This document shows positions 25,201 to 37,731 of a stretch of 64,000 bases of DNA, piece after piece. Below the pieces are notes generated by a model. That model saw only the letters and a list, made by a program, of their open reading frames with translations, made no database searches and had not been told where the DNA came from. A program made the position numbers and the translations under genes. Source of the stretch: Vitrella brassicaformis CCMP3155 (lineage: Eukaryota; Protista; Chromerida); assembly GCA_001179505.1 (NCBI GenBank), contig CDMY01000306.1, forward strand, positions 1 to 64,000. The letters are read 5' to 3'. Position 1 is the stretch's first letter. Every line of letters begins with the position of its first letter.

Positions 25201-28200
25201 GAGCACCCGGAGTGTTGCCGCATTACCGGCTGAGGAAGGCGTCGAAAGAGACGGCCGTCAGCCCTCTCGTCACTCTACCAGAAGGGGCGACACGACCCTC
25301 AGAACAACACCTGACCGACAGTCGTCTCGGGAAGCCGCCAGAGAGTATCGCGAGATGGGTGACGAGAGGAGGCCGGCCAAGGAGGACAGGGGAGCCCACT
25401 CCATCTCTCGGTCACGTACGTACGAGCCGCCATCTGGCGCTCGAGCGGAGCCGCGCCAAGGTCATGTGGAGCGGGCCAGGACGGACCGCTTCGACGGCGT
25501 GATGGATGCTGCAGGGTCGACAGGGGCCTTCCACAACGGGGATGGAGCTCCAGCTGCAGCTGCGCGCACCGCTACCAGAGAGGATCCAACAAGGGAGGAC
25601 AGCCGACCCGACGGCCTGTCGCCTTCCAGCCCGTCACCGAGGAGGCACCCTGACATGAACTACCGGCTAGACGACGCACAACCATCGCGTGGACCATCCC
25701 GTGCGCCATCTTCCATGCCCGTGTCGCCGTCAGCCGCGAGGCAGAGGGCCGTTGGTCCAGGTATGTCAAGAACGGACGGCTTTGAGGCTCACAGGCCACC
25801 AGAGCGGGACCCGCGTGGGCAGCGAGGCTTCGACAGTGGCTACGACAGGTCGGCTGCGGCGTCCCGAGCCCGCACACGAGAAGACATCACCTCTGACGGA
25901 CGGGATGAAGCAGTCCTCAGGGAGTATGTGTCGCACGATGATGACAGCGGCCCACATGACCGTCAGGTCCCTGCCACCCGATCACCATCCAGGCGCGCTG
26001 AGACGAGCTACCAGCCAGAGGATGCGCAGCCACTAGGTGTGCCGTCACGCGGACCGTCCTCTCTGCCCGTGTCGCCATCAGCAGCGCACCACGTATCCTT
26101 CGGTCCAGACGGGGCCGATAGTTTTGACGATGGTCGGAGGGGACCTGCCATGGATGAGACGCTTGAGGGGCGATTGACAAGGACCCTAGGCGAGGGGGAG
26201 GTGGCTGCAGCCGACGAGCGTGAACACAGAGGGTCGGCTCCATCGCGGGGCCGCACCCAAGAAGGCCTGCGGTCAGAGGCAGCGAGGCCGCAGCCCTCAA
26301 GCGAGGACATGCAACGATACGATGAAGGTCCTGTCAGCCGATCGCCAAGCAGACGGGTCGACATGGGCTACCAGCCAGATGCTGAACTGCCATCGCCCCA
26401 GCGTCAGCAGCCCTCACGTCAGCCGACACTGCAAGGCGACACGGCCGCCGCAGGACCAGTCGACAGACAGCCGTCGAGGCAGCTAACAGCCGACAGGCAT
26501 CAGGCGGAGGACGATTGGCAGAGGAGCGACGGTCTCAGGGATGATGGTGTCTCACGCTCTCGGACACACGAGCCATCGCGAGATGGTGCGGGGTCTCGAG
26601 GACCGTCTTTTCATGCCGAGAGGGCCATGACGGACCGATTTGACGACAGGCAAGGAGGGCCGATGCGCGAGAGGGAGATGCACGAGGGCGGCAGTGAAAG
26701 AGAAGTATATCAGCGTGACCAGCGGCTGCCTGGAGCCTTCCGAGCTCGCACACGAGAAGACATCGGCTCTGGTGGAACGGACCAGGACATGACGAGGGAG
26801 GACATGTCGCGCCAAGGCAGCCGACGGGACGGCGGGGGCTCGCCTGTCAGCCGATCCCTGTCCCGCCCAGCAGAAGATGATCAGCCATGGCCCCAATACA
26901 GCCGGGAGGAATCACGAGTGCCTTCCTCCATGCCTGTATCGCCATCAGCAGCGCGGCAGAAATCCCTGCGTCCAGAGAAGGTGCCGACGGAGCGATTTGA
27001 TGACGTTCGCGGCGGGTCAAGAGAGGGGCGGTTCCAAGAGGGACTGCGCGAGAGGGAGGCGGGGCTCGGTGACGGTGGGAGAACGGACTATGACGGTGAA
27101 GGCGGCCCTGCGGCAGCTTCGCGCGGCCACACGCGAGATGACCTCATTTCTGATCGAAGCCAGGAGGTCACTGGCCATATTGTCTTGCGTGAGGACAGCC
27201 GATACGATGACCGACCGCCTACCAGCCGGTCACCGAGCAAGCACACTGATCTGCGCTACCGGCTAGACGACGCGCAGCCATCGCGTGGACCCTCTCGCGT
27301 GCCATCTTCCATGCCCGTGTCGCCATCGGCAGCACAGCAGATGAGGCACGAGAGGGGGCAATATCGGCAGCAGAGCTTCCGGCGGGATGGCCGCCCTGAT
27401 GAAGCTTTCGACGAGCGACACTATCCAGCAGACGACCGTGAAGACCGCCGCTCGCCATCCCATAGCGATGTGGCCCCTTTCCGTTCCAAGGCGGGCGAAG
27501 GGCGCCAGCGCACTTACAGCTACGACGATCGCAGTGCGGCGTGGCCACCGCCCATCCCCATGCGTGATGCCAGCCAGTCCATGACGCCCCGACGCGACGA
27601 TGACGACGGCTACGTCCGACCGCCTGCACAGAGGCCTGAGGACGAGAGGCTGCCGTTGCGGCACAACCAAGACGAAGGGAGAGCAATGGGCCCACCGGCC
27701 ATCGCCGACAGGAGAGCGGCGGAATCCTTTCATGAAGACGGCAAGGGGAGCGGGGGTAGTGGGTCGCCGACTGCTCGAGTGTCTTTTCCGGACGCCCCGG
27801 ACGAGCCGCCTGGTGCGCGCGGAGTCGACATGCATTACCGGCGAGGGGGGACAGAAGAGGACGGCCGCACCGATCGGGGCTATCCGCCTCACGACAAGCC
27901 CACTGGTGCGGACAGGCGCGACGATTATGTAGAGGAAGACGAACGGCGAGGAGACGCCATGGGTCAGCAACGAGGACGGGACGGGCGGCAAATGGCAGGG
28001 GAGGGGAGAAGTGAGTCGTTTGTTGAAGGTGCCAGGGGCAGGGATGACGGTTTGCCACCTGCCCGAGGGGGTTCCTTCCGAGATGGGCCAAGGAGGGCTG
28101 ACATGTACGGCAGCCGCGAGCCTACGAGGGATGGCCAACGAGAGGTGGAGCTTCATGGGCGCGGTCCATCCACTCATGAGCTGGCAGCAGAGGACGACGG

Positions 28201-31200
28201 CTTCCCGGAGCGGGTCATTCACTTCGAGGGCACGGCTTCCATCCACGACTCACCAAGGTCACCTGGTCGGCAGCGAACACGGGAGGCTGCTGACATCGAT
28301 GACTTTGCGGATCGCGGCCGCTCAGCACACGACCTGCCATCTGCAAGGGATAGATATGACGAGCGTGCCGTGGATCATCAGAGGGGTGCCTCCTTCTATG
28401 CAGGAGATGTGAGCCGTCAGCAGTCCCAGCCAGCGCCGCTTCAACCCTCTCGGGGCCCGACCGCCCAGCTGTCGCCACGGCAAGCCACTCGGGGATCAGC
28501 ACACATGGAGAGGGGCCAGACATACCAGGAACACTATAAGGATTATGATGGTGAGGAAGAGCCGGAGCATGAGACGCTTTCCCGCCAGCCTTCGTCTTAT
28601 CCCCCAGCCGCTCGGGACAGCCCAGGTCGATATGACAGCAGACGGGACCTGGAAGACGCTCGTGGTGCGAAAGACCTGTCGCCGCAGAGGAGCCGCGAAC
28701 CCCTATCAAGTCGGCAAGCCTCGCGACCCCTCTCCAGTCGACAGCCGTCAGGCCCGCCGCATACACAGCGAGATGAATATGACCGGCCGTCAAGCCGCGA
28801 TCTCCATCCAGGCCCTTTCCGGTCTCGCGATGACATGAGAGGTGCCGCATCGTACGCTGAGACCGATCGGGCGCTGTCGAGACCGACCACGAGACAGCGG
28901 AGCGAGGCTGTTGTGGATGAACAAGACGACACCGCACTTCGGCAGCAGCGATCAATGGGGACACGTCGAGAAGAGGACGGCAGGTCCCCGGCTGGGATGG
29001 GTCAGCGGCTTCCCTTTCACATCTCTGATGGGCGTCATCTTGCCCCCTCAGTCGCGGCATCGCGTCAGCCCACAGGCGAGCAGATCGCATACTCGCGCGA
29101 GCGGACCCGCGAAGAACAGCTGCCGCCTGAGGAGGAGCGGGTCGACACGTCGCATCGACCAGCCCGCGAGAGGGATCAGAGGCCGCCCCCTCGATCCGAC
29201 AGCTCGCCTCTCGGACCAGACGAACGTCCCCCTGGCCGCCCACAAGCTGGTCGCACCCAGACGTGGAGCGCTGAGGCTCAGGAGGGCCCGACACGGACGT
29301 CCACAATGAGAGCGGCAGTGGATGATCGCAGCGGCATTGATGAAGGGGAGGTCGCTGCATGGATTGCCGAGTTCCTCGACACGATGGCTGCCGAGCTATC
29401 TGGGCAGGGCCCGCACATCCAGGGAGGAGAAGGTGTCGACGCGGGGACGGCTGCGCTCTTGAAGATCGTCGCAGAGGCGAGGCCGGCGGGTGGAAGGGAC
29501 GGGCTGCCGGGGCGTGCGGCAACGCTCCAGCCCGAGCGTCTGCGTGATTTGTCCCGGCAACTGAGTGCGCCCAACATGAGCCGGGCTGTGGCTGAAGCGC
29601 TGCGGGCAAGGCAGGAGGCAAGACAGCAGGCCGGGCGGCAGCAAGGGCAACAGGCACCACACGAGAGACAGGAAGGGGGCACCATGCCACAGGCCGACAC
29701 GGATGGGCCAGTGTCGCCCGAGCAGCAGCAGCAGGGAGAGCAGGCTGGCGAGGGTCAGGTTCGGTTCGCCGAGGCAACTCAGGTGTTAGCAGAGTCTCAG
29801 GTGCCCCACCGATCGTGGACGGTGGACATGCTGCGCCAAGACCAGGTGCAGCGCCCATCCGACGACCTGCGAAGAGTGGTAAGTGTCAGTGCAGTGCATG
29901 CTATACTTTTGCGTTGTCAACCCCAACCTGGCCACTCATGCGAACACTCCATCGCTGCGTACGTTGTGTTGTGTGTATTCCCATTCATTCAGCGAACTGG
30001 CGGCGGTGCTGACGAGGCGAGGCGTGAAGGTATGGCGACGCAGCCCTCTCGCGAGACGGCCCTCAGCCCACCGCTACCCGGCCGGCCGCTGCAGGCGCTG
30101 CCCTCAGGGGCAGTGGAGAGCGAGGCGCCTGACCTCTCTCGGCCCAGCACCATGGCATGGGACGCCTCGCCACGACAGCCCAGTGAGAGGGGAGCCGACG
30201 AGTACCCCAGTGACCGGGAGGGCACCACCGCCCGGCAGCCAACACAGAGTCGTCCATCGTCCAGGGCCGCCACCTCTGCGTACCCCTCTCGGCTCGGCAC
30301 GGGCGACAGCATCCCATCGGATGAGTCGCTGGAGAGGCAGAGGAGCCGGATTTCGGACAGGAGTGGCCGAATGGGCGATACAGAAGAAGGGCAGCGGCCG
30401 GCACCTGCCGATCAGGCGGCTCACGAACCTGCGGGGGGCCGCCCGCCTGAGCGCGTTGATGCGTCGCAAGCGCCCGTCGAGTACGCTATGAGTGACGAGG
30501 GCTTCAGCGTTGTCGAGGCTCCCCAGCCACCACCGCAGCAACAGCCACCACCGCAGCAACAGCAAGGCGGCCCCCCGCAGTCTCGTCATCTCGGCAGCAG
30601 CCAAGAAATGTCCTGGCGGTTTCCTCCCGGCATTTTCCAAGACACCCCCTTCTCATCAGCCACAGTGTCGCGGGAGAGCCTGGGCGAGGTGATCCTGTCC
30701 AGCGACCCTCCCTCACGGCAAGGGACGGACAGGTGGGGCCGCGGACAGGCCCCCCCGCAGCGCCACATCGGCACGCAGCCCTCGTCACTGCTCACACCCG
30801 TGACTGAGGAGCCAGACGAGGAGAGCCACCAGGAGGACAGGAAACAGCCGCCCAGAGACCAGTCCACGTCGACATCCGACCTGACGGAGGACAGCACCAA
30901 GATGATCGAGTCGCGCCAGCTGCCACCGCGGCCGTCGGGTGCTCCCAGACGACACACAGGCGGCGACAGTCCTGAGGAGGGTGGTGGTGCCATGCCGATG
31001 CCGCCAGAGGCAGGAGCCGTCCGTCTCAGAGACGCCGGGGTGCAGGCTGAGTACCATGAGGTCGGCGGGCCGCTACTAGAGGGCCCAATCATGCCAACTC
31101 GAGCACGGCAAGAGGGAGCCGCGGCGGCGGCTGCTGATGCTGTGGGCCGTTGGATTGGTGAGACCACCAAGGCTCCACGCAGCTATGGGCCACCAACCGA

Positions 31201-34200
31201 TGACGGACCCGCCCGAGGAGGCCTGGATGAGCAGGGGTCGATGTCAGCGGGAGTGTCTCAAGGAGCGACCATGGACAGCGCCTCCTTGTCTGGCTCGCCT
31301 GCCGCTTCGATTGCCAGGGGTGCCCCCGACATGCACATTCGCGTCGTGTCGGCCGCCGGAGAGTCCCTGGACCGCCAGCCATCACAACCAGGGGCAGAGG
31401 ATGGGGGTATTTCGCCAGCATCCCAGCGCAGCCAAGCGGCCTCCGCGAGCAGGCAGCCTACACTCTCACAGCAGGCCTCTCACTACCCGCAGCCATCCCT
31501 GGCAGAGCAGCCGTCATCACTCTCACCGCAAGGCATCCGCGGGGAGGAGGTGCCCTTGGGAGCAGCACGGACTGTGAGCAGCCAGCCGATGGAAAGCGGA
31601 GCTGTGAGTCGTCTTGGGTCTGCTGGCGAGCCTGAAGGAGGTGCAGGGGAGTGGGAGGTGATTCAAGATGCTCAGCAAGCTGCAAGAGGGGTGTCAGGTG
31701 AGGAGCCTGCAGTGGGCCTCACGCGCTGCCCTGCAGTGACGGACCTCCACATGACGCCTGACCTGAGAGAATTCCGGCAAAGCGACACTGCAGCGGTGAG
31801 AGGTGTCCAACCGTCATCCGCAGCCCAGCAACGCACAGTGAGGGCGGAGGGACCGAAGCCCGTCATGGACACTTCAGAGGACACCCTTCCGGCCCAAGCA
31901 CCGACTACGCAGCCCCCGTCGCAAAACAGAAGGCCCGACGACACAGCGGCACCAATCAAGCCGGTCGTCGCGCAGCCACGTAAAGGAGTGGCCGAGTCCG
32001 GCCCATGGGCAGGGCAGCTGAGGCATGACGCAGCCGGCACATCCCCCTACCGACGGGTCGTCTCGGCTGGCGCGGGTGGTCAGGGACTACAGATAAGAGC
32101 AACGGTCGATGATACTACGGTTCCCGCAGAGGATGTGCGCTTCCCAGCTGCCCCTTCTGCCGCACCTGCTGTGCCTGGTGGGGCACCTGAAAGCCCTGAG
32201 GACTGGCAGAAAGCGACGTCACGCGGATCACCTGCCACGCCATTCTTCGGTCATCCCGCAGCCAGCCGCTCCCCTGCTGTCACTGCACGGCCTCCACAGG
32301 AGCCGACCAGCGCTGCGCAAGTCGTTGCAAGACCCCTTGACCAACGCATCGAGAGCGGCGAACAGGGAAAGACGGCGTCGATAGAGGCACAGCGGGAGTT
32401 CCAGGGTGATGGCAGCACTTTCTCCTTCGATGGAGAGCGCAGGGAGACGGCCCAGCCACCAACGCGGCAAGAGACGGGGCAGGTGCGAACCCCCACACGA
32501 CACGTACACAAAATTCACGGATTGGATTGGGTTGTCTCGTCTGTGGTCGCTTTCCTTCAGGCTGCCCCGTTGCAAAGCGACGCAGAGCGGCAGATGGCGG
32601 GCAGGCACAGCTTCGTGGACGACATCCGCCAACGCATCCAGGAGGTGACTCCTGCTGCAGCTGTCCCGCCACCTGCTGGGCAGCTCCTGAGCACATCGCC
32701 ATCGCCATCTTCACCGCCGGTTGCCAGCGGCCTCTCACCGGCAAGCACCGCCCCGCGGCTCACGCCCTCGCCTGCTCTCGCCGGCCCAAGCAGTCTGGCG
32801 TTCGAGCAGCTGCCCGCCTCTGCATACCTGCCACCAGCAAGAGCGACCCCCACAGCAGCACTGCCGCCATCCCACGGCCGGAGGTCCCCAGAAGTGGCTC
32901 AGGCATACAATGACCTGGCGGCGCTGCGCGGCGATGTAAGGAGAGGGGCTGAGGCGAGAGCGAGAGACCCCCATCTGCTACCGCCCCTCAAGCCGCCCTC
33001 CCCAGGGCCGTTCGGCAGCCTGATGGGGGCGCAGACCGACAGGGGGCTGCCGAGCCACCACCCAAACACCACAGAGGCTGCGTGGCGTGACGATCGTGCC
33101 AGCAGCTTGCGCGAGGGCTTCCTCACCTCGCGTGGGCGGAGACCTGTGCGCGGGGCGAGGCGGCTGCTCGACTCGGCCGAGTATCTCAGGTACCTGCAGG
33201 AGCAGAAGGAGGACGTCCTGCGCCGACTTGATGCCGTCCGGGCCGACCTGCGTGCCCCTCTCAATGTGGACGCTGCCATTGGTCTGGGATCCGTGTCGTC
33301 AGCATCCTCTGACATGCACGTCGAAGCGGCGGCCTACTCTCGCATAGACGACCTGATTGCTGGTGACAGAGACCCACTGGCCCTCACCTACACCTCTCCC
33401 GGAGCCCGCCACACTGCCTTTGAGGACGTCGAGACACAGCTGCTGCTGGACTCCATCAGACGGTCGTCGGAGGAGGCGGCCAACGTGAGGCAGAGGAGCT
33501 GGCGTTCGCGTGAGGCAGAGGAGCTGCGCGACCAGCTGCTCCAACAGAGACGAGGGAGGGCATTGCTGCCGGAGGACAGCACTGACCACGAGCCCCCATG
33601 GCCGCCACGACCGTCTCGGATCCATGCCCATCTCAACCCAGAGAGGAATCCTCATGCGGCTGCAACCTCCCTCCCGCCCACCCCACTGGTGCCTACGAGG
33701 CCGACCGAGAGCGTTCCCGGCTTCGCCGACATCTCACTGCAGCCGACAGGCATCATGCCGAGTGCGTTGCCCCCCCGGAACCTTCAGACCCTGTCCTTGC
33801 CCCGGCAGGCATCCCCTCCGACACGCGTCAAGATGAGAGCTGGCGATCGTGAAAGTGGCCTCCCGTTGCCATCGCGCGTGCCATCACTCAGCGGCACAGC
33901 TGCTCAGGGGCGCTCAGAGCCGCTTCATTTCGGAGGGGATGAGAGAGTGAAGGGCATCCTTGAGGGAGTCCAGCGTCGGGTGGCTGACCGAGACGATGGC
34001 CTGACGCCTTCAGACGTGTCTGCGTTGCTGGAGCAGCTTGTGCGCGACGTCGTCGCGACTGCGGGGCCTGGTGGTGGAGGGCCTCTGGAGGGCATGGAGA
34101 GGGTGCTCCGGCAGGCGCTAGAGAAGGCACAATCCTTCTATGGACAGGGTGGGCGCCATATCAGAAATATCGGCATCAATGGGTTTGCCCACTTCCTCCC

Positions 34201-35858
34201 CTTTGTGCTGTGCTTGCAGGTAAGGGTGGAGCGACCGTCATCACCCGCAGCGCCTTCTTGGCAGTGGCCGAGTGGGCAGCCAATCAGCTACGCCGCCTGC
34301 AGGACGGCGTGCAGGAGGTGCGACAGCTCAGCCAGCGACCTCCCGGTGTCGACTCGTCCCGTCTGCTGCAGCAAGGCGTCTCCATCACGCCACACCAGCC
34401 TGCCCACCCCTCCGACACCACCCTCCCCGCCCTCTCGCGGCCAGTGTCCCCCTATCGTGCTGCCCATGGGATCGTCCCCGAGCCCGTGCTCTCCTTCCGT
34501 GACGATCCATTGGAGCTCGACCAGAGGGACGTCATCGCACCGTCTGAGAGTGGGCCGCCGCTGTCTGTGCACATGGGGCGGGTGGTGGGGAGGCCGACGG
34601 GAGATCGCAAGGCGGCCACCCTGCTCGAGTACGCCGTGCGCAAGCCACTGCAGCTTCGCTGCATGAGGGGCACCGACGGGTCGGCGATGAGGGACGCCAC
34701 GCTCGTGTGTGCCGTCGTCGAGAGCGACGAGAGGAGACAAATTGAGGTGGGTGGGTGGAAGCATGATAAAGCAGGAAGACGGGAATGTGCCCACTTGTCG
34801 CTTGTGCGGCGACATGCATGTCGTCGGTGCGGTGTGGTGCAGGATATGATAGAGTCGCAGTCACACATCCCCGCTGCCACAGGCCCCTTCTTCACCCGAC
34901 GCATCATCAAGACCTACGCGCCCCGGCTGCAGGCAGGAATCGCCCGGCTGTGTCGGCGCGACTGTGCCGCCCTCAAGCCCGCATACCGATACAGCTATGG
35001 CGACCGCAGCGTTTCTGCCGGCACTGGCGAAGGGGACGACTCGGAGATCGACGAGGGGGTGGTCACGTGCGATGTGCCCCGATGTGTCCTGAACAGCCTG
35101 TTTGTGCTGTTCTATGCCGCCCCGACGGATGCTCTCACCAAGATCGTGACTTCGCCCTTCGGCTTTGGGGCGGTGATGGTGGAGGGGAGGGACGGGAGGG
35201 GAGTGCAGGGCTGTGCGGCCGTCAAGGTCCTGCACTTCGCTGAAGACCTTGTGCAGGTGAGATAGATGGCCACGATGAAGCCAAGAAATAAGGAAGGGGG
35301 CCTCACAGCTGCTCATGTGTGTGTGTGTGTCTGTGTGTGTGTGTGTTTAGGCTGAGACGCTTCGGTTTCTGACATGGGGTCCCGAGCAGACGCCGCCGTC
35401 GGGGTCGAAGCGGCTGCCGATCAAGAGAGTCGTGTTGGCTCTCGTCGCACTCGGCAACTGCCTCACCGCAATGATGTCCTTCCAGGTGAGAGCAACACAT
35501 CGCCCCGACTCTGTGTGGTGCCGTATGTGTGGTGGTCTGGTCTGTTCAGCATGCCCTTGAGACGGTAGAGGGTCAGCGGCTGTTCTGCCGCGCTGACGAG
35601 CGGGGCTACGATTCGGTGTTCTTCCCGGATGTGCGTGTGTATTCCATCCTGATACCGCCAGAGGCGCAGACCACCAACAACCCTCACGCCCCACCGTACG
35701 CACAGACGAGGGAGGATGCAGGCAGACACACACACAGGCAGGCGGGGGACACTCAAACCACGACACGGCTTCTTCTCTGTGTGTGTGTGTGTCTGTGTGT
35801 GTGCAGCTTCTATCGTGCCATTCCTGGGTATCTTCTCGAGTACTGCGACAGCACATGA
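21417..35858 (+). CDS. Giant (about 4,000+ aa) protein: N-terminal leucine-rich repeats with cap, long disordered repeat region, C-terminal degenerate PARP/ADP-ribosyltransferase-like domain
   Basis: Many LxxLxLxxN repeats from 21417 to 23400 (LHLDLSGN-type: LQHLDLSGNFL, LRRLYLRNNRL, LELLDARDNII, LQVLDLSSNGL) and the cap ACPLLQTLDAILV. The 3730-aa open frame 23474..34666 follows. C-terminal exons encode LFVLFYAAPTDALTKIVTSPFGF, VLHFAED, KRVVLALVALGN, GYDSV and RAIPGYLLEY*. Confidence 0.8.
25450..27340 (+). repeat. Degenerate intragenic repeat module, about 5 copies, in the giant LRR gene
   Basis: Recurrent RxRTREDI…SRSPS…Y..DAQPSRGPSRxPSSMPVSPSAA…TDRFD blocks. There are near-identical DNA copies at about 25660-25740 and 27256-27330, and weaker copies near 26008 and 26905. 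Confidence 0.8.
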
Positions 35859-36276
35859 CGGCAGGGGCTATGTCATGTTGCCGACGATTGCTGGATGGCT
35901 TGCTGACAAGTACCGTAGAGTGTGTAATGTAAGGCACCGACCGTTGTGAAGGAAGGTAAGGTAGCTTCCGTCTGTGCTGCGTCGCGTCCCGTGTCTGATA
36001 GCTAGGCTGGTGTACAGTGTATAGCTGTCTGTGCTGTAGCATTCCATCCATCTCTAGCTACGTACGCACTCCCCCACTTAGTTGGGTGCCATCCGTTCAT
36101 TCATTCCTCGTATCCCGACTCCCATTTGGTTGTGATTCGGATCAGTCTGTGTCTGCATGCATGGCAATGATTGCATCCCACATTTGTGTCGTGTGAATAT
36201 GCTGTCCTTTGCCTGTGCCCGAATGCCACGAATGGAGGCCGAGACCCGACCCCACAGGCCATACCCAAGTTTGAGG

Positions 36277-36297
36277 CTCAGGGTTTGAAACCCTGAG
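36277..36297. repeat. Perfect 10-bp inverted repeat CTCAGGGTTT-G-AAACCCTGAG
   Basis: Read directly from the sequence; it lies about 105 bp upstream of the ATG at 36402. Confidence 0.85.
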
Positions 36298-36401
36298 GAA
36301 AGGCGAGACCCCACAGACCCTAACCCACACCCGCAACCAACTCTGCCTAAGAGGAAAATCGATCTGCAGATCACAGGCTTGGCCGCGCAGCTCTCTGAGA
36401 G

Positions 36402-37010
36402 ATGGAAGTTTTGAGACGAGCTCGTGTCTTCCCAGTCCCATCCACCCGCACTCCCTCGCTGGTCGCCAGCCGCCTTGCGTCCCCGCCACCCCTCTCGTCC
36501 GCCACACAGACCCGCTCATTCGCCATCAAGAAGCTGCACGCCTTCCGTCCGAACTCAGACGAGGTGCCTCGCGAGACGCACGCCAAGTACGAGAGGCACG
36601 GCAACCCCGACAGCTGGGAGAAGGATCCGCGGTGGCAGGCCCACATGGGGCACATGTCTGCCGGCGCCAGGGGCATGAACAGGCCGGATGTGTCGCTGGG
36701 ACCGCACAAGCGGGGCTGGATCTTGGTGTGGACGCCCATCAAGGACGACCCCTGGGGCTTCTTCATCGACTGCGTCATGATTGCCACGGCCATCTACACC
36801 GTCGCCAACCTCTCCTGGGGCGAGCCCTACCACCTGCGGCGCAAGAGGGTCATAATCGAGCGGCTGTACAAGGAGTACGGACTCACCGAGGCCGACGTGG
36901 ACGAGATCGAGGGCTATGACGCCCCGCTGTCCGACGACACCGACCCACTCGCCGTGCCGGCGCCATCGCCCGCGTTCTCACAGAGCATCACATCGGGCGG
37001 ACTGCAGTAG
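36402..37010 (+). CDS. Hypothetical single-pass mitochondrial protein (202 aa, intronless)
   Basis: The N-terminus is rich in Arg/Ser/Pro and poor in acidic residues, like a presequence ending …TQTRSF. One hydrophobic segment (PWGFFIDCVMIATAIYTVANLSW) is followed by HLRRKRVIIERLYKEYGL. Confidence 0.6.
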   Translation: MEVLRRARVFPVPSTRTPSLVASRLASPPPLSSATQTRSFAIKKLHAFRPNSDEVPRETHAKYERHGNPDSWEKDPRWQAHMGHMSAGARGMNRPDVSLGPHKRGWILVWTPIKDDPWGFFIDCVMIATAIYTVANLSWGEPYHLRRKRVIIERLYKEYGLTEADVDEIEGYDAPLSDDTDPLAVPAPSPAFSQSITSGGLQ

Positions 37011-37731
37011 CAGGGAGGCCAGGGGAGAGGAGAGGAGAGAAGAGGGGCAGGCAGGCAGGCAGGCCGGGCAAGTGCTTTGCTGTTTTGGGTGGCATGTGAT
37101 GAAGCAAGTGCATGGCTGTGGAGTGATGCATTCGTTGTGGAGGGGATGTGAGAGTGTTTTGATGTGACTTGACTGCTGTGTGACGACATGGCTGGTGCCT
37201 CTGTTCGGAAGCGGTCGTGTAGTTGCCGACGAGAGGATCCACGCATCCCTTTCATTGGTGAGTACACCGGCTGTTTCTCTGATACATAGAGGCAGCAGAC
37301 CCGGCCTCGACGAGCACGCAAAGCGATCGATGGACAGTGCAGTCTTTGTGATGGCACCCGAGCATTTGAGTGATCGGAGTGTTTGCTTCCGCGGCAGTGA
37401 GTCAGCAGCAGTTGATGCCGCACATTCGTCGGGATAGACCAACGAATGGACCGCGTCAGCTGCTGGCGGTCTTGGCTGGCGCAGAGGGATGCATGCGATC
37501 GTGTGGTGGAGTGGAGTGTTCATGAGAGCTCCATGGATGTCTGTCTATAGGTATCAGTCGCTGCAGTGCTGTCGGGAAACATCGACCAATGAACCTCATC
37601 AACTCACTCTATCAATCCCATGTCGCCAACACGCACTCAGTGTCAACGACTCGCTGTCTCATCGGCCCACATCCATCCATCCATCCATTGACACCCCACA
37701 GCCCTCCGTCCCGTCCGCCGATGCATAGAGT

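Noticed and set aside
23474-34666. 3730-aa ORF as a stand-alone intronless protein
   Set aside because: It starts inside upstream sequence in the wrong frame for the LRR exons, reads through stop-free introns, and ends out of frame after the 34149-34219 intron. It is the middle of a larger spliced gene.
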